Shown here: one piece after another, positions 28,611 to 44,990 of the stretch
How the letters are laid out: each line of letters begins with the position of its first letter
How positions within the stretch are numbered: the stretch's first letter is position 1
Source of the DNA: the human T2T-CHM13v2.0 reference genome, Homo sapiens
Strand: one strand, 5' to 3'
Assembly: GCF_009914755.1 (NCBI RefSeq)
Contig: NC_060925.1
Length of the DNA stretch: 64,000 nucleotides
Made by a program: the position numbers and the translations under genes
Notes under the pieces: generated by a model
Seen by the model: the letters and a program-made list of their open reading frames with translations, nothing else
The model's database searches: none
What the model was told of the DNA's origin: nothing

Positions 28611-29183
28611 TTGCAGAATTTAATGTTATTTTTCTACTTTTCATCTGTGATCACTTCAGATAAAGGTTAAGAAAATATTGATTATGTAAATCTTTTTGAA
28701 CTTAAAAAATTTTTTAAAATGACAATTCTAACATGAAATATTTAGCTGAAGAATATATAACTCACTTTTTTAGAGCTCTTCTCAATAAATTCTGAGTTGT
28801 TTCTAAATGCATAAGTTTTTATCCTTTTAATTGAATTTTGTTATTTGATTGAAATTAACAAAGCAGCTTAAATTTTTGTGTATAAATCAGATGAGTTAAC
28901 TGATTGTTTTCAATTTCTGTTTCTTTCCTAGTATCATTTTGTTCTATGTTCATTTTGAAATCTTTTGCTTATGGAGGACTTTTTATTTCCATTTGGTTTA
29001 ATTACTTAAATATTCCTAGAGAAATATATGTATCTAATTCATCGTAGTTAAATAGAAGCATTTGGTTGTATATGTATTGTCTCATAATTTAATGACCAGT
29101 AATTTTTTATCAGTAATTTGTTTATAGTATTCCTCTATGAGACATGTGTTTTGTTTATATCCTTCTTCTTTTTTAATGTATAA

Positions 29184-29423
<240 letters not shown>

Positions 29424-32400
29424 TAATGTCAAGTGTCCTTAAGCAGCTGATAGAATTGTTTTTTAATACTGCTACTGTGTAATAAGGTGCTTCCCTTTTC
29501 CCATTCAAAAAGAGAGCTAATGCGCTTGCAGCTTACCCCTCCTTTCCTTGCATATGGGTGGTATTCAACATCACGTGTTAGGGGGACAGATTGGCAGCAG
29601 CATCTGCCAGAGAGGTGAATATAAAATAATCAATTTTAAAAGTTGTAATATATTTGGAGAGGGGCAAATATTTATTACTTTTAAAGCTGATGACCTCTTT
29701 TTGAATAATTAGTGAATTTAGAGCCTGCATTGATCTTTCTATTGAAAGTTTGCATATGCTGAAATGAATCTATGCTTTATGGCTCCTAGCTCTTCTTCTT
29801 CTTCCTCTTTGAATGTTAGCCAATATTCCTAAAACCTAGTAATGCTAGATTTTAGAATTATAGTATTATTTGGCCATACTAGCATGCTGACTAAATTATT
29901 TCCTTCTGTCATTATTTGAAAATTTTCAATATTTGCTTTCTTATTCCTCTATACGTAATCAACTTTCTGATGTGTAGGGCAGCAAAAGTACTCCACAGTC
30001 TCATGTTCTTATTATGCTATAAAACTGTGATAACATAGTAAAAATTGTCACTCTTTTTTTCTCAATGAGTGTTTTAATGCCCTGTCATCTTATGACCAGA
30101 AAGTTCATGATGCTCAATAAACATTTGTTAAAAGAATTAATGAAAGATATATTAATAGCACAAAATAATTTGTCAACTTAGTTATTTCAAGATGGGTAAT
30201 AGATACTGTAAATCCTATAGTATTATATAAATACTATAGTAGGTATAATAAGTTATTTAGGAACAAGAATGTCTAGGTTCTCATACTAATCAGTTTATAA
30301 TGCTTTGTTTGATATGCTTTCTTCTGCTACCCTAAAGAGTGATGAGTTTGGGCTTTGAGAGTTCTAATTTGATTATTTGGAACTAATTTATATATTGGTA
30401 GAATTGGACAACCTGCACTTTATAAATATCTGTTCTAGTAAGTGCTGTGGTAACAAAAGCACATTTTATATGTGGTAAAATTAAATAAATTTAAGTCATT
30501 GTAATATAGATATGATGTTTGGGATAAATCATAAACTTTATTTTTAATTCAATGTTATATTAATAGAGGGAGTATCAGGCAGAGGCCTCTGATTTTTTTT
30601 TTTCCTATGGGGAAATATTTTCCTATACTTTAACAATTAACAAGAAAATTTGACCAGATTACAATAATGACATTTAATAATAAAACATTTTTGTTTTTTT
30701 TTTTGCTGTATATAAACGTCTAGCAAACATGTTTTGAAGGTTAAAAAATCATGAAACCTAAAAGTCAATAGAAAGAAAAATAAAATGTCCCTACGTATAT
30801 AATTATTTTTAAAATACTAAAATTTAGCAGATTACAAACTTAGTATTAAAATGATCTTGAGTATAAAACAAAACTGTCTAACAGGAAAGAAGTATACATT
30901 GTAGATGTTGGAAAAATATTTTGAGATTCACTAATCTTTTGTAACTAGTTCACGGATTTGAATTGAAGCAAGCTCTTTTTAGAATCAGAAAGCTTTAGAG
31001 TGAATGTGTGGTTTCTGTGAAGTAAGATGCTGTCTTTCCAACTCTTAAGTGTTTTCTAATTAAATATCTAGTTTGGCAACAGTAGAAATTAAATTTATGA
31101 AATTCAGCAGGAGGGTAGGTTTTAATTGAGTAACAATTATAAAACTTTATCTTATACATAATAATTAAATGCAGTTTTGTATATGGACATTAATTGATTC
31201 ATTCTTTTATGATAGATGTTACTACTATCTACCCATACAGAAAGCACCAAAATTAGCCTCCTAGATTTTAATTTATTAATAATAGAAGAATGTGCGTTTC
31301 TCATATGTAAGAAGCATATTTTTCCTTCATACTTTGGTATCTTTAGAGTATCAATTAGTGGTGATAGTGCCAGTAAAACATATTTCTGTTGTCTTCTCAC
31401 CTATTTAAGTGTTTTAGCTATAAGATGTTCAAAGGAGACATTACTATGATTTGGAAACCAAGAAATTTTAAAAAGTATAGAAAGAATTTCTGCATTACAT
31501 TGTTTGGCAACCATTTTATTCTCTTTTCAAAATATATAGAACTCATGGGAATATTCTGTGAAATCAGTAATACCTAATTCCTGTAGGAAAGTTAGATCAA
31601 ACCTTGAAACCACTTTGTAGAAATAATCACCTACATTTTTAGTGGGCTCAAATGGGAAGGGGCCTGATGCTGGTTTAGGATAATCCCAGATGGAATATTA
31701 TCTATTTAGTTGCTGATATTTCTTGGCAATTGAAGACTAAAACACCATTCTAAGGCACCAAATGATATCACCTTAAGTTTCAAACTGTTTAAAATGAGCT
31801 GTATAAAATAGGTATTAGAAGATGTTAAACAGTGGTTTTTTATTTATTTTTGGTTGTTCACTCTTTGTCATCAGTCTTATGTGGAAATTCCAATAGAAAG
31901 TATATAAAAGTAGCACTGTTGGGACTTAAACATGAAACAAGGAGCGACTACCCACCTGCTTGCTCCTCCTGCTACCCCTAAAGCTCCTCTGCTCCCTGAA
32001 GCCCAGTTTGAAAATCAGTGCTTTAAAAGAATTTTTGACACCTGTAAATGATAATTCTTTAGAACTAATTTCCAAAAATATGGTTTTAAAAAATTAGAAT
32101 ATATCATTTAAAAATATTTTCACTTGTTAGTTTTTTAAAAGTATATCTTTTCTAGGAAATACACCACAACTCATTTAGGAAATACACCATAACTTGTTTT
32201 CTAGACTTTTAGGAAATATGCAGGAACTCATAAAATCCTTAGCAATTTTTTTTAACCAAAAAGAAATGAATTTGCCTTTATCACATCAGTGCCTGGGAAT
32301 TAGATTGGCTGAACTCTTGTCCCTGGCTTTATGACTAGATGACCTTGGGCAGGTCATTTGACTGCTTTATGCCTCAGTTTCCCAATTATTGATTTATTTA

Positions 32401-32468
32401 GATAGTGTAGCTTGCTGTAATTTACAGAGACCATGTAAGGATGGGTTAAGGCAATACAGTATATATGA

Positions 32469-32814
<346 letters not shown>

Positions 32815-33011
32815 AATAATGTACTATCTTAATTGTAGTATGTTGTTTGCTACTTAAAAATGTCCTCATATAAAGGCCCCCATAAGGTTGATAGCATTCA
32901 GGGTTTTGAATGAGCTATATGTACATGTATCAGATGAATGTCCTAAACAGGTATGGCAGAGGCATTCAGCATATGGCTGATTTTAAGCCCAACTCTTTTT
33001 TTCCATTTCAG

Positions 33012-33134
33012 GTCCCCTGAAGTCATGGGTTGCTGGCTCCTGCTCAGAGTGACAGCACCCTGTGGAGTCTGCTGGTACTGACCTAACCACCACAGAGCCC
33101 CACTGGAGCATGGAGCCAGCCTAGAGAGGGTCAG
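33012..33134 (+). other. Candidate non-coding (poison/NMD or decayed) cassette exon, 123 nt
   Basis: Branch-like gctgAt at -32, acceptor aactctttttttccatttcag|, donor CAG|gtagga, 60% GC (74/123) in AT-rich intron, stops in all three frames. Confidence 0.5.
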
Positions 33135-33589
33135 GTAGGAACTGTTTTTTCACTTTATGGCACGGTTTTACCAATTGGAAAAAAGTAATTTTTATACCCC
33201 AAAAGGGTGTAAAACATTGGTGATTATTTTTGAAAAAGGGCTTTTCAAAACTGAGCCATATTGGAAAAAATCAGCACTTACCCGATCCTGTGCAAGCAGG
33301 CTCTAAACAACACCAGATTTCCCACAGTGTCCATAATGACAGTCACATGGCAGCACTTCTCAGATGGATGCATTGGATCTATGTGTTTGATGTTTATAAG
33401 TAGTTAATAAATTAGATATATTAGTCTGGTTCTGCCAGCAGTCCTTAACTACCTTGAATGACAGAGTCCAAAGCAAAACAGTGATGAGTCTTTTAGAAGT
33501 TTAAACATAATACGCTCCAGATGTTTCAGAACAGCTTTGTACCATTATTTTTCATTCAATACCATATGTCTGAAAAATAGGCAAGTAAT

Positions 33590-33800
33590 GATAAACATTA
33601 AATGACCCATTCCTATGTGCTGTCTGAATATTTTACATGGATTATCTCATTACATCTTCAGAAGAACATTATGTAGTAGATATTGTGATTATCCTCATTT
33701 TACAGATGGAGAAACTGAGACTTAGACAAGTTAAATAACTTGCCCAGGGTTACAATATTACTGAGTAGAAAAACCACATTTGAACCCAGGAAGTGTGGCT
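33590..33800 (-). mobile_element. MIR
   Basis: Core cattttacagatggagaaactgagacttagacaagttaaataacttgcccagggt. Confidence 0.8.
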
Positions 33801-36454
33801 GAAGAATTTTTGTGATTTACCTGTTAGACTATAATTGTCTATTTTTTCTACAGTGGAGATAATTCTGGTGTCAAGGGGCTAAAGAATTTTCTCAAGACCA
33901 AACAACACATTTTTTGGAAATACACAGTAATTGACCATGAGACATGCTGAGCTTAGTACTGAGTGAGCTTTTGCTTAAAGTGTATCTTTACCTTAAAAAA
34001 AAGTTACAATTCTAAACACTTCAAATAAGCTGACCAACCATATTACATGTTACAATAAACTACCATTGGACCATATATTCAGGTTTTTAGTTTGTGATTA
34101 TATTCTCTAGAAGGTATTTCCCAGAGAGGTAGAGTAGAATATGCCAGTAACTGAGGCAGTCAGCTTAAACTAGTAATTACTTTTTTAAATATTAGCTATT
34201 CTAATGGTTATTATGTTAATATTTGAAAATATTTATGTAAGATAGGAGTTCTAGGTATTGTATTTATGAATAGTGGTTAAAAAAACATGTCACTTAAAAT
34301 GTTCATATGATAGGAAAATAATCCTTCCCAAAGGAGTTGTGTGTTGCCAAGATTACAAATAGAATGAAAGCAGTGACCAGGAAGGATTTCTTCATAAAAT
34401 TAATCTTCAAGATGGGAGGAACAGCAAATGCCTCAGAAATACACAATGTCTATGGCAGAGTAAAACCAAAAAGGAAACCCTTTTAGTTTAATACTTTCTG
34501 TCTTAACATAGCTTTAATATTTTAAATACTTCAAGAGTTTGAAAATAGTTTTGTAGAGATGACAGCATTCTATATCTTTCATTAATAGTTTTTTCCCCGT
34601 GACTTATTCTTTCTTAAATTTTATTAAAAATAAGATGCATTTTATCTGAACAAGATTTGTACATTTCATGGTATTTTTTAGAAAAAATAAATGTTTGAAG
34701 ATAAGATTTCTTGGAGAGTTTATAGTTTTCTTACGGCTCTTAAATTGTTAAATGAGGGCATAATGAAATGTATAACAAATCCAAATGGATGAAAAATATT
34801 TTTCACAGATTTTTAGGAGAGTTTCCCAATATTTATTTCACTGTGAGTCACATTTTTCTTGTTTTTTTAAAGAGTTTAATTTGTTTTCTAAAGACCAATT
34901 TATCTGTTCTTTAAAAACAACATAGATGGTAGTGTTGAATCCAACTGTGAAATGGATAAATGAGAAGGCATCTTAAGAAAGTAAAGCACGAATAGATTAG
35001 GGAACTGATTGAAATGCTATTGTTCCCACTTTCTTTTTTGTGTACTAAAGATTTAACTGTTCTGATGAAAAAGTGATAAGTAAGGATAAGTAAAAGCTGT
35101 TATTCAAATAATGATCATGTTTTGTCAAAATCTAGTAAGAGAAAAATACATGAACAAACTGGTGATACTAGAAGATGGAAGATTTAAAGTTGATTGAAAT
35201 GGTACCACTAGCAGGATTCAGACTTTTAAATGTACAAATGCAAGCAATCAAATCCTATAAAATCAATGTGAATCCAGGATATATTGGAAAACTCAGCTAT
35301 CCAGCTAAGGACAATCTTAAAATACCTACTTTTTGGGAAAAATATGCCATTATGAGCAGAAACTGGTGTTGGCCAAAAGTATTTTGTTAACATTTGCTAA
35401 GAACTAGAGCACAGGATATTAGAAACTGGGAATTATTCTTATTGGTTGGGGAGAGTTGCGCTTATTACCTATGTTTCTCTTTTACTGTAGCCCTACTGGA
35501 ACACCTATTCCCCAGTGTCTTGCTTAGGTTACTAGATCCCCAGGCTGATTAGAGAGTAAGGAGAAGCTTGGGCCTAAAAATGTTGCTAATTACTGTCAGA
35601 ATCAAGTTAAGAATTAAAACTTACTAACTTCTGATGAGTGCTCTTTCCATTTTATTATGCTGCCTGCCTTAATACCAGTGTTTTTCAAACAGTAGAAACC
35701 GCTTATAAAGTAAATTCTTACATAGAAACCCAGCATATTAAAAAGATAAGAACGAAGCTGTTCTATTTGAAGCCAAGGTAGAAAGTGTAAAGCCCAGATC
35801 ATTAAGTCTTCTCTGCCTCTCTTTTCCTTTCCCTACCAGGTAACGCTAAAGAAACTTGAGCCTTTACATAGTATAGTTTTAATATGCACAATATACTGTA
35901 GAGTTTTTAAAGTCATGCATGTTTCTGTAATGATAATTACCTCATTGAATATTTTTCTTATAAACCATTTTCTTTGTATAAGATCTTGATGTTAGCTCCT
36001 TGTTCAGCCCACAGTACAGCAAACAACATCTCTCAAAGTATAGTGAGCATTTCGTTTCATGCTTCGAATCCTCCAAGGCAGGATGAAAACCATCTTAAGG
36101 AGCTGGAGAGGGAGTTTGAGAAGGGCAAGGAGTCTTGTGTAGTGAACTAGATACCCCATTTCTAATATATCTACCTTGCACCTTGTGCCTCTGGTATACG
36201 AATTTGATAAAAGGTGTATGCATGGAAATAGAAGAATAGTTTCTCAACTCATTCTCAAAGTTACTAAATGCTTGCCTGGAATAACATATCTTAAGCACAT
36301 GGCCCTGCTTACTCACTGCTTGGGAATCACACCACAGTACTTACTTCTATTCCGCAGCCTTATACATTTGTTTCTTAAGCTTAGAGATGATCATGACATT
36401 GCTGTGCAGTTTTCTGCTGCTTACTTTTAAGTTGAAATCTCATTTTTGTTTCAG

Positions 36455-36514
36455 ATTCTCCTTCTTCTGTGGTTAACAAACAGCTCGGATCCATGTCACT
36501 TGACGAGCAACAGG
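36455..36514 (+). CDS. DCAF6: DCAF6 alternative cassette exon (~12): (D)SPSSVVNKQLGSMSLDEQQ
   Basis: catttttgtttcag| acceptor, AGG|gtgcgt donor, 60 nt, phase 1-1, open frame. Confidence 0.88.
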
Positions 36515-37344
36515 GTGCGTGCAACAGGAGATGCGCTATGCCCATCCATCCATAGCTTTATTGCAATGCATATACTAAGCTCTCTCACACCTTTCGTAGC
36601 ATTTCATTTTGATTATGGTCTTATAGTCAGTATTTTGTGGACCAAATTACAATAGGTGGTATTGTACATAAAAGGTCTTTTTGGCCTATACAGATTATTT
36701 TCTATGTAAGCTCATTTCTCACTTTGGCCCTTGATGCCAACTTTGAACTCTCTCCCTATAACAAAATTATAATGGATACAAACTATATCCATTTTTTAAA
36801 TTCTAGGTATCTGTCATAAAATTGTGTAGAACTGTGGGTGTGAGGTTAATACTACCTCGTTGCTTATGTAGGATAAGTTATTTAAACACAGTGATATTCT
36901 ATATTACTAGATTGCTTTAGTAATGATACTTGGTTTTATGTCTCACTTATCTGGTAGCCAAATTCCTGGTAGCTTTAACTAAAGACTATAGTTACGAACC
37001 CAGAGGTAAGCTCAAAAGCTGTCAGTCAGAAGCTCCCACTTCCACTTGTACTTTTCAATGTGGGAAAGGTATAGAATCAATCTCCAAGCCTTGAATAGAG
37101 CCTGATGAAATGAACGCGTTACTTATTTATCAGGCTTTATTACTAGCGATCAAATATAGCACAGAGAAGGATTAGTAGAGGAAGACATTCTGACATGAAG
37201 GGACATCTGAAAAGGCTGGAGATAGGAAGACTAAAAACTAAAAAGGCTATTTAGTGTTAGCGCAAATGTTTTACTATCTCACCTCAGAATTTAATGAAGT
37301 ATTTTAAATATATTGTGACAAAGTGTGATAAGTAATCTTAGTTA

Positions 37345-37705
<361 letters not shown>

Positions 37706-37990
37706 GAACAGAAAAAAGGCAGGTGATTGCCTTTATATATTTTACAAATGTTCCTTTCAAAAACATTTTTTAAAAAATTAGCACTAAAGCCATAAGATTT
37801 GGTTGACTGAAAGTTTACATATTAGATGACTCATATGTCAATAGTAATGCAGAAATTAAATATTGCTGTACTTACTTGGTGTGAAATATATGTAATTTAA
37901 ACTATATTCTTAGAGAAATATTCAGAAACTAATTTTAAAGTGAATTAGAAAACTTCTTTTGTACTTCTGATCTTAAATTATTCCTTATGG

Positions 37991-38416
<426 letters not shown>

Positions 38417-39129
38417 TTAATTTGCAAACTAAGGAATTAAGCATGTGTTATTTTATATGTTTATTACAGAGGTATTAACAATGAAGAATAATTAAGGCAA
38501 AATACAACTATAGCCTACTATATTAGACTACTGTATATAACTACTCTATAATTAAAGGATTTTTTTTCTAAGGATATATGGATTTAATAATATATCACTA
38601 TCAGAGATTTTATAGCCAGATTTATATTCTAGTTAATCACATACAATAATTTTCATAGCATTACATTTAATATTATATTCAATTTAAGTTGATAATTTAC
38701 ATATGATATGGGATATAAGAGGAAGAGAAAAATTATGATTAACTCCCAGATTTTTTACATCAGTGCCTGGGTAGGGTAAATGATAAGGCCATTTACTAGG
38801 GTTGAGTAGCTTGGAAATAGAAATCAGGTGGTTCTTTATCTTTTTGGCTATGTAAAGTATGATATACATTTTAGTCATGTAAGTAGAGTTGCTATGTAAG
38901 AGGTTAGTATTGAGTGGCTTTGGCAGAAGCTGCACCGTAGTAGACTATCAGAAATGTAGCTTTGTAATAAGACCTCTGAGCAGAAATGTTCTAATGGTGG
39001 AAAATATATCTAATTAATTAAATCCTGAGTTTTTACATACCTTTTTGTTCATCAGCATTATAACTTTTAAAGTACTAGGAACTTCACATTGCAGGCTCAC
39101 ATTACCTAAAGATAACTTCTAAAAGTTAA

Positions 39130-39790
39130 TAGAGACTGCCCACCACCATTTGTCTCTCCTAGATTAATGGAATAATCCCTTTACTAGTCTTCTCACATCC
39201 ACTCAGGCTATAGTCTATTCTCTACCGGCAGCCAGAGTGAAACTTCAAGATGTAAATATAATCATGTGATTCATCTGCCTAAAACATTTTAATTACTTCC
39301 CATAGCCTTTCAAAAGAACCCAAATCCATACCTTGGCTTACAAAACCTACATGACTTGATTTCTGTATCTCTAATCTCGTCTCAGGCCACTATCCCATCA
39401 TTCACTAAGCTCTTGCCAAATAGACTTACTTTCATTTCTTTTACATCCCTTGTACAGGCTGTACATCTCTTGTACATGCTGTTCCCTCTACCAAAACTAC
39501 TTTTTTGTTGAGCAATTTCTACTCATTTTTTAAACTCACTGAGATGTTACTCTCAAAAATAATATAACTTCACAATCTCTAGTAAGTCTCCTCTTTTTCT
39601 TCCTTTGTGACTTGTTATTTTTCCTCATTGCATTTATCACATTTGTAATCATACATTTATTTAGGGGATTGTTTAATATCTACCTTTTTGCATATTCTCT
39701 AAATATTTTCATTTAATAATTTCCTCTATGCCTAAAATCATACATCATGTGGTAAATAATATTCGTTAAACGAGTGAGTAAATGAATTCT
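39130..39790 (+). mobile_element. L2 relic
   Basis: cagccagagtga, catgctgttccctcta; ends taaataatattcgttaaacgagtgagtaaatgaa. Confidence 0.6.
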
Positions 39791-39799
39791 TTAAGCAAT

Positions 39800-40790
39800 T
39801 ATTTAAGAGCTGTAGGGATTACTTCAGCTTGGGAGAAATGTGATCAGATTTACATATTGGAAAGATCATTTTGGCAACATTATAAATGATTGGAAGGAGT
39901 AAGATTGAAAACACCAAGAACACGTAAGAGGCCATTGCTATAGTCCACCTAAGAGATTATGAGGGATCCAACCTAAGGCAATAGTGGTGAGAAGTGGGAA
40001 TGGACAGATTTTAAAAATAGTTGAAAGGTTGAATTCATGGGACTTTGAGACTGATAAGTTAGAAATGAATGAGAGTATGATAACCAGGTGTCTTGATAGG
40101 GTGATAATGAACCATCAGCCAAGATAGAGACTTTAGGAGGAACAGCTAGCTGATTTGAGGGGAGAAGAAAGTATGTGAGTTTTTTTTTAATGTTAAGTTT
40201 GAAGTGTCTTTGGATATCCACGTGGAGAGATCTCATAGATGGTTGGATGGCTATATGATGCTGGAAGTCACCAAAGTGATCTGAGGTAGAAATAAAGGTA
40301 AGGAATCATTAGTTTATAGATAGCAGTTGAAACCATGGGAGTGGATGAGATTGTCTAGAAAAAGAGGGTAGTGTGAGAAGAGTAGAGTGCACTACAGGAG
40401 CAAGTAGAGAAAAGGATCTAGCTAATGAGACCAAACAGGAATGATGAGAGAAGTACGCAGGGCAGAAAGAATGCCATATCCAAAACCAGGAGAAAAGAAG
40501 TGCAAGGAGGGACAGGTTAGTAATGCCATGTAAATCAATGATACCAACTCCCAGAAAGTCTGATAAATCATTTTTTAAATTTGGCAACGTGATTGCTTTG
40601 ACATTGTAGTTTGAGATATGATGTAGTGGAAGCAGAAGCCAGATAGTAGTGGTTTGAGGAGAAAGGTTTGGGGGAAAAAGGTAGAGACTTTGTTATGTCT
40701 CTTTTCATAAGCCCAATTAAGAATTGAAAGAGCAAAGATAATGTCAGGTATAGGTGGTGGTAGGTTCAAAACTGAGCATGTTTATAGAGT
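39800..40790 (-). mobile_element. L2 relic, purine-rich on +
   Basis: tgatcagatttacatattggaaagatcattttggca, tgttaagtttgaagtgtc and gttgaaaccatgggagtggatgagat. Confidence 0.6.
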
Positions 40791-42989
40791 AAACAGATTG
40801 TGTGTTCAAGATGTAAGGGATAGTTGATGTCCCCAGATATGCTATTATTTCAAAATTTTAACCTTTACCAAGATTCTTGTTCTCAGTTTTACCATGGAGA
40901 ATGGAAAAAGTAGTACATTTAATAAGTTTCCTATTTGAATATATCTCTGACTAATGATTATTTCAGCATATTTTAAATTTGTTTTTCATACTTTTAACAA
41001 AACACGAATGCTTTTTAAAAATTGATAGTTCAGTTTTATGTTTATGTCACAAAATATTTCTTCACCATTTTCCAGGTGCCCAAATCATTTTATATGTTGT
41101 TTAATTTTCCATAGCATTTTCATAGATTTCTTTACTTGGAAGGATTACCAAGGACAAAAATGTTACTAATAAATTTTTTTAAAAATTTTAGTGGACTTGG
41201 TTACTGAAGAAATTTTTTTCTTTGAATAACTGTATACACAGTATTAAACTGGTTGAGTGCAACTGGTGTCTTTGCTTATTTATCCTGAATTTTTAACAAA
41301 ATCACAATTTGATAGAAGTATGTTTAGCCTGAATCTTCATTCATTAATGCAGCTCCCTGGTTGTCTCAATAGTTTTACTTTTTTTAAGAAACAAAATTGT
41401 AGGGAAATAAATGTATAACATGCACATTGTTATTAATTGTATCCTATTATAAAATAATTTTCAGTGTTCTCCAAATTTGGAGTTGTGTGTAAACACATTG
41501 ATGGCCTTTCTGTGCTAATTATGCATAAAGTGAAATTCTGTTTGAATAAGCACAGTAATGTCCATCATGCATCTTGTTTAGTTTCAACAGTATGTTTTAA
41601 TGGGTAGTTTTAGTTTTCCTTTTTATCTCTCTACTATAAGAGGAAAAATTCTCTTCTGACATATATTTATTTTACCTTGTTTATATTATTAAAACTTAAC
41701 AAATTTTTCCTCTTAAAAATATGTAGGCCAGCAATTTCCCCCTTATTTTATTTTAAAAAATAACAACAGCAAAAAGAATATGTAATTGTTGTTTTGAGAA
41801 CAGTTAACTTTTGAGAGGATATAAGAAAGTAATTTTGTCTGAGTTTTAGGTTTTGGCCATGATTGAAACAAGTTGCTTTCTATTCCTTACAGTGATTCCA
41901 TTAAGTGGAAGTTGACAGTGCCATCGAGTTTGAAACTTACGTCTGTAGGCAGTTGTGCATCTGCAGGCACTAATTTTCTGTTATAGATTTAAAGAAATAT
42001 AAACACTAATTTGTAGGTATGAAAAATATCAATGTTAATTTTCCACTATGTATCATTTTATATAAGCTGACTGTCTTTGATGTTTGTGAAACATTCATCT
42101 ATAGGAGACTAGTGGATAATCAAAAACCAGTGAAACAGATTTTTACTAATTCTACTAAGGTAGATTGGGAAATGGAAAAGTTGGACCTGCCATGCATTAA
42201 ATATGTATTACCTTAAGATTATATACTATCACCAAATTGAAATTTCATTTTAGTACTATTATCTAATATTATTTTAAACATATTGACAATTCTAATTTTT
42301 ATTAAATAAATATCTAGTGATTGAAGCTTGCTGTATTAATAAGAATATAAGTTCAGTATTCCCCACACTGGAATACATCCATAAATAGTATATTTTAAAT
42401 TCTAGTGAAATAATAAGTTAGTGAAATAAAATTTCATTCTAAATTCTTTGTATTTCTTAGAACTAGTTATCACTTAGTTACTTGGAATGAGGTAACTAAT
42501 TTCTTCCTATCCCCAACTACTAGGTCTTGATTGTTCCAATTAATGATATATTTGATCTTTTGGAAGTTAAACCCTATTTAATTTTTTTGTTGCATATGCT
42601 CGTGTGTTCTACTCTTCTGCTGATCAAACCTATACCTCCAGTTTGTTTAACTTAGAATTGTCTTATCATAAAAATAACTGACATTTATTGAGTTTTTTGT
42701 GACTAGCACTGTGTTAAGAATTTAACATGCATCATCTAATTTGTGCTAACAATGAGGTGAATTATCTTAATTTTACTAATGAAGAAACTGAGACTCCAAG
42801 AAATATGTAAAGATGAGTGAAATAAGTGGTGGAGCCATATTTGTATGTCTGTACTTCATTAATTCAACTGATACGTAAATGCCTACCTACCTTGTGGCAA
42901 GTACTGGGATAGGTACTAGGGTGCATGAATAAATAACACTACTGTCTTCTGTACTGGGAGCATTGAGTTGATTTATAATAATAACAGCA

Positions 42990-43560
<571 letters not shown>

Positions 43561-43619
43561 CTTTGCCTGATCTAACAGTAAAGATGGATGAAAAAATAAA
43601 TCAAGTGTGATGAGTGTTA

Positions 43620-44990
43620 TATAAGAAAGGGGAAATAGCAGGGTTCAGTGTGGAACATAGGAGAGTGGGCCTTCATTCCCTCCAGTTGAGGGCCAAATAA
43701 GGCATCCCTGAGGAAGAGACATTAAGCTGAGATCTGAAAGGTGAGCCTGAATAAGTTAGGTGAAGGAGCATGAGTAAAGGGAAGCATGAATAGCATATTG
43801 CAGAGCCTCTGAGATGCCACATACAGGATGACTAGGAGAACCTCAGTATGCAGGACAAAGTGACTTTTTGGACATTTTTAGGTTTCGCATTTTTATTTTA
43901 AGAACAGAGGGAAGCTAATGAAGTGTTTAAATTAGGGAGTATGGCTATGGCCTGATACTCTGAATGGAGTATGGAGAATTGATTAGAGACTGAATCACTT
44001 ACGAAGTTCTCCTGGTAATAGAGATTTTGATCTGGTGATAAAAGTAAGGTAGGAGAGATGTGAAGAGATTCAAGAAATATTTAAGATGTAGAATAAACAG
44101 GACTTGGTGGTAGATTGAATGACACAGGGATTGAGGAGGAATCCAGAGTATAAGTTGCAGTAACAACTTCAGAATTTTCTTATGTAGATAGTTTAGTAAT
44201 AAATAGCAGTCTGCAGAGGCCAGGACTTGTGTCTTAAATCTTTTGTAAAACAAATACACTGTTTTTACTTAGGTTATACATTTATTTATAGTGCTTTGTG
44301 GGAGGTACTGTTGGAGATTAACAGGTGACTTTTTCAGCCACTGCAAGAGTAGCTCATGTTTTGATTGAGCACAACTAAGTGAATGGCTATTTTCTTAAAT
44401 AGGTAGCCCTGGAAAAGGGATGAAGCATGGGCGGGGACGTGTAGGGGTAGGTGATCATGAACTCGGTTTTGAATATATTGAGTTTGAGTTATCTGTATGA
44501 GATACCCAAGTTGAAAATCGGTTGGGTAGTTGATTGTGTGGATATAGAGCTCAGAAAAGATATCAGAGCTCAAGAAAGAAATTTGGGAGATTTTTGCATA
44601 CAGATGTTAACTGAAGCCATGAAGTTAGATGGAATTTTAACTAGGATGAAAGTAGAAAGAAGAGGACAGAGTAAGAGAGCTAAAACATCTCAAGAAAAAT
44701 CAGAAAAATTCTAAAATTAAAAGATTTTGCCAGCGAAGAGCTGGTAAAGGAGATTGAGAAGAAGCAACTAGAGAGGTGGATGGCGACATAGAACAGCGTG
44801 GTGTCTTGTGATCAAGAGAAATTTTCAAATACGAGAGTGTTGTCTGCTGGAAGGTCAAGTAAATTGGCTCCAAAAAAATTATCCCCTAAGTTAGGCAATG
44901 TGGGAGTGATTGAGCCCATTAGTAGAACACTTTCACTAGAGTGATAGAGACATAGGCCAGATTTTAGAGCAGGAGACGAAAAAATGGAAA
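43620..44990 (-). mobile_element. L2 relic(s), approximate bounds
   Basis: ccctgaggaagagacattaagctgagatctgaa, aggacttggtggtagattgaa, ttgagtttgag and ctgaagccatgaagttagatg. Confidence 0.6.

Noticed and set aside
32152-32231. Three degenerate taggaaata... units resembling a repeat-spacer array
   Set aside because: Short 23-bp tandem duplication with decay, no unique spacers, eukaryotic intron; not CRISPR-like
32945-32956. aaacag|gtatgg motif resembling a recursive splice site or donor
   Set aside because: No pyrimidine tract upstream and only 61 nt from the next acceptor; not supportable from sequence alone
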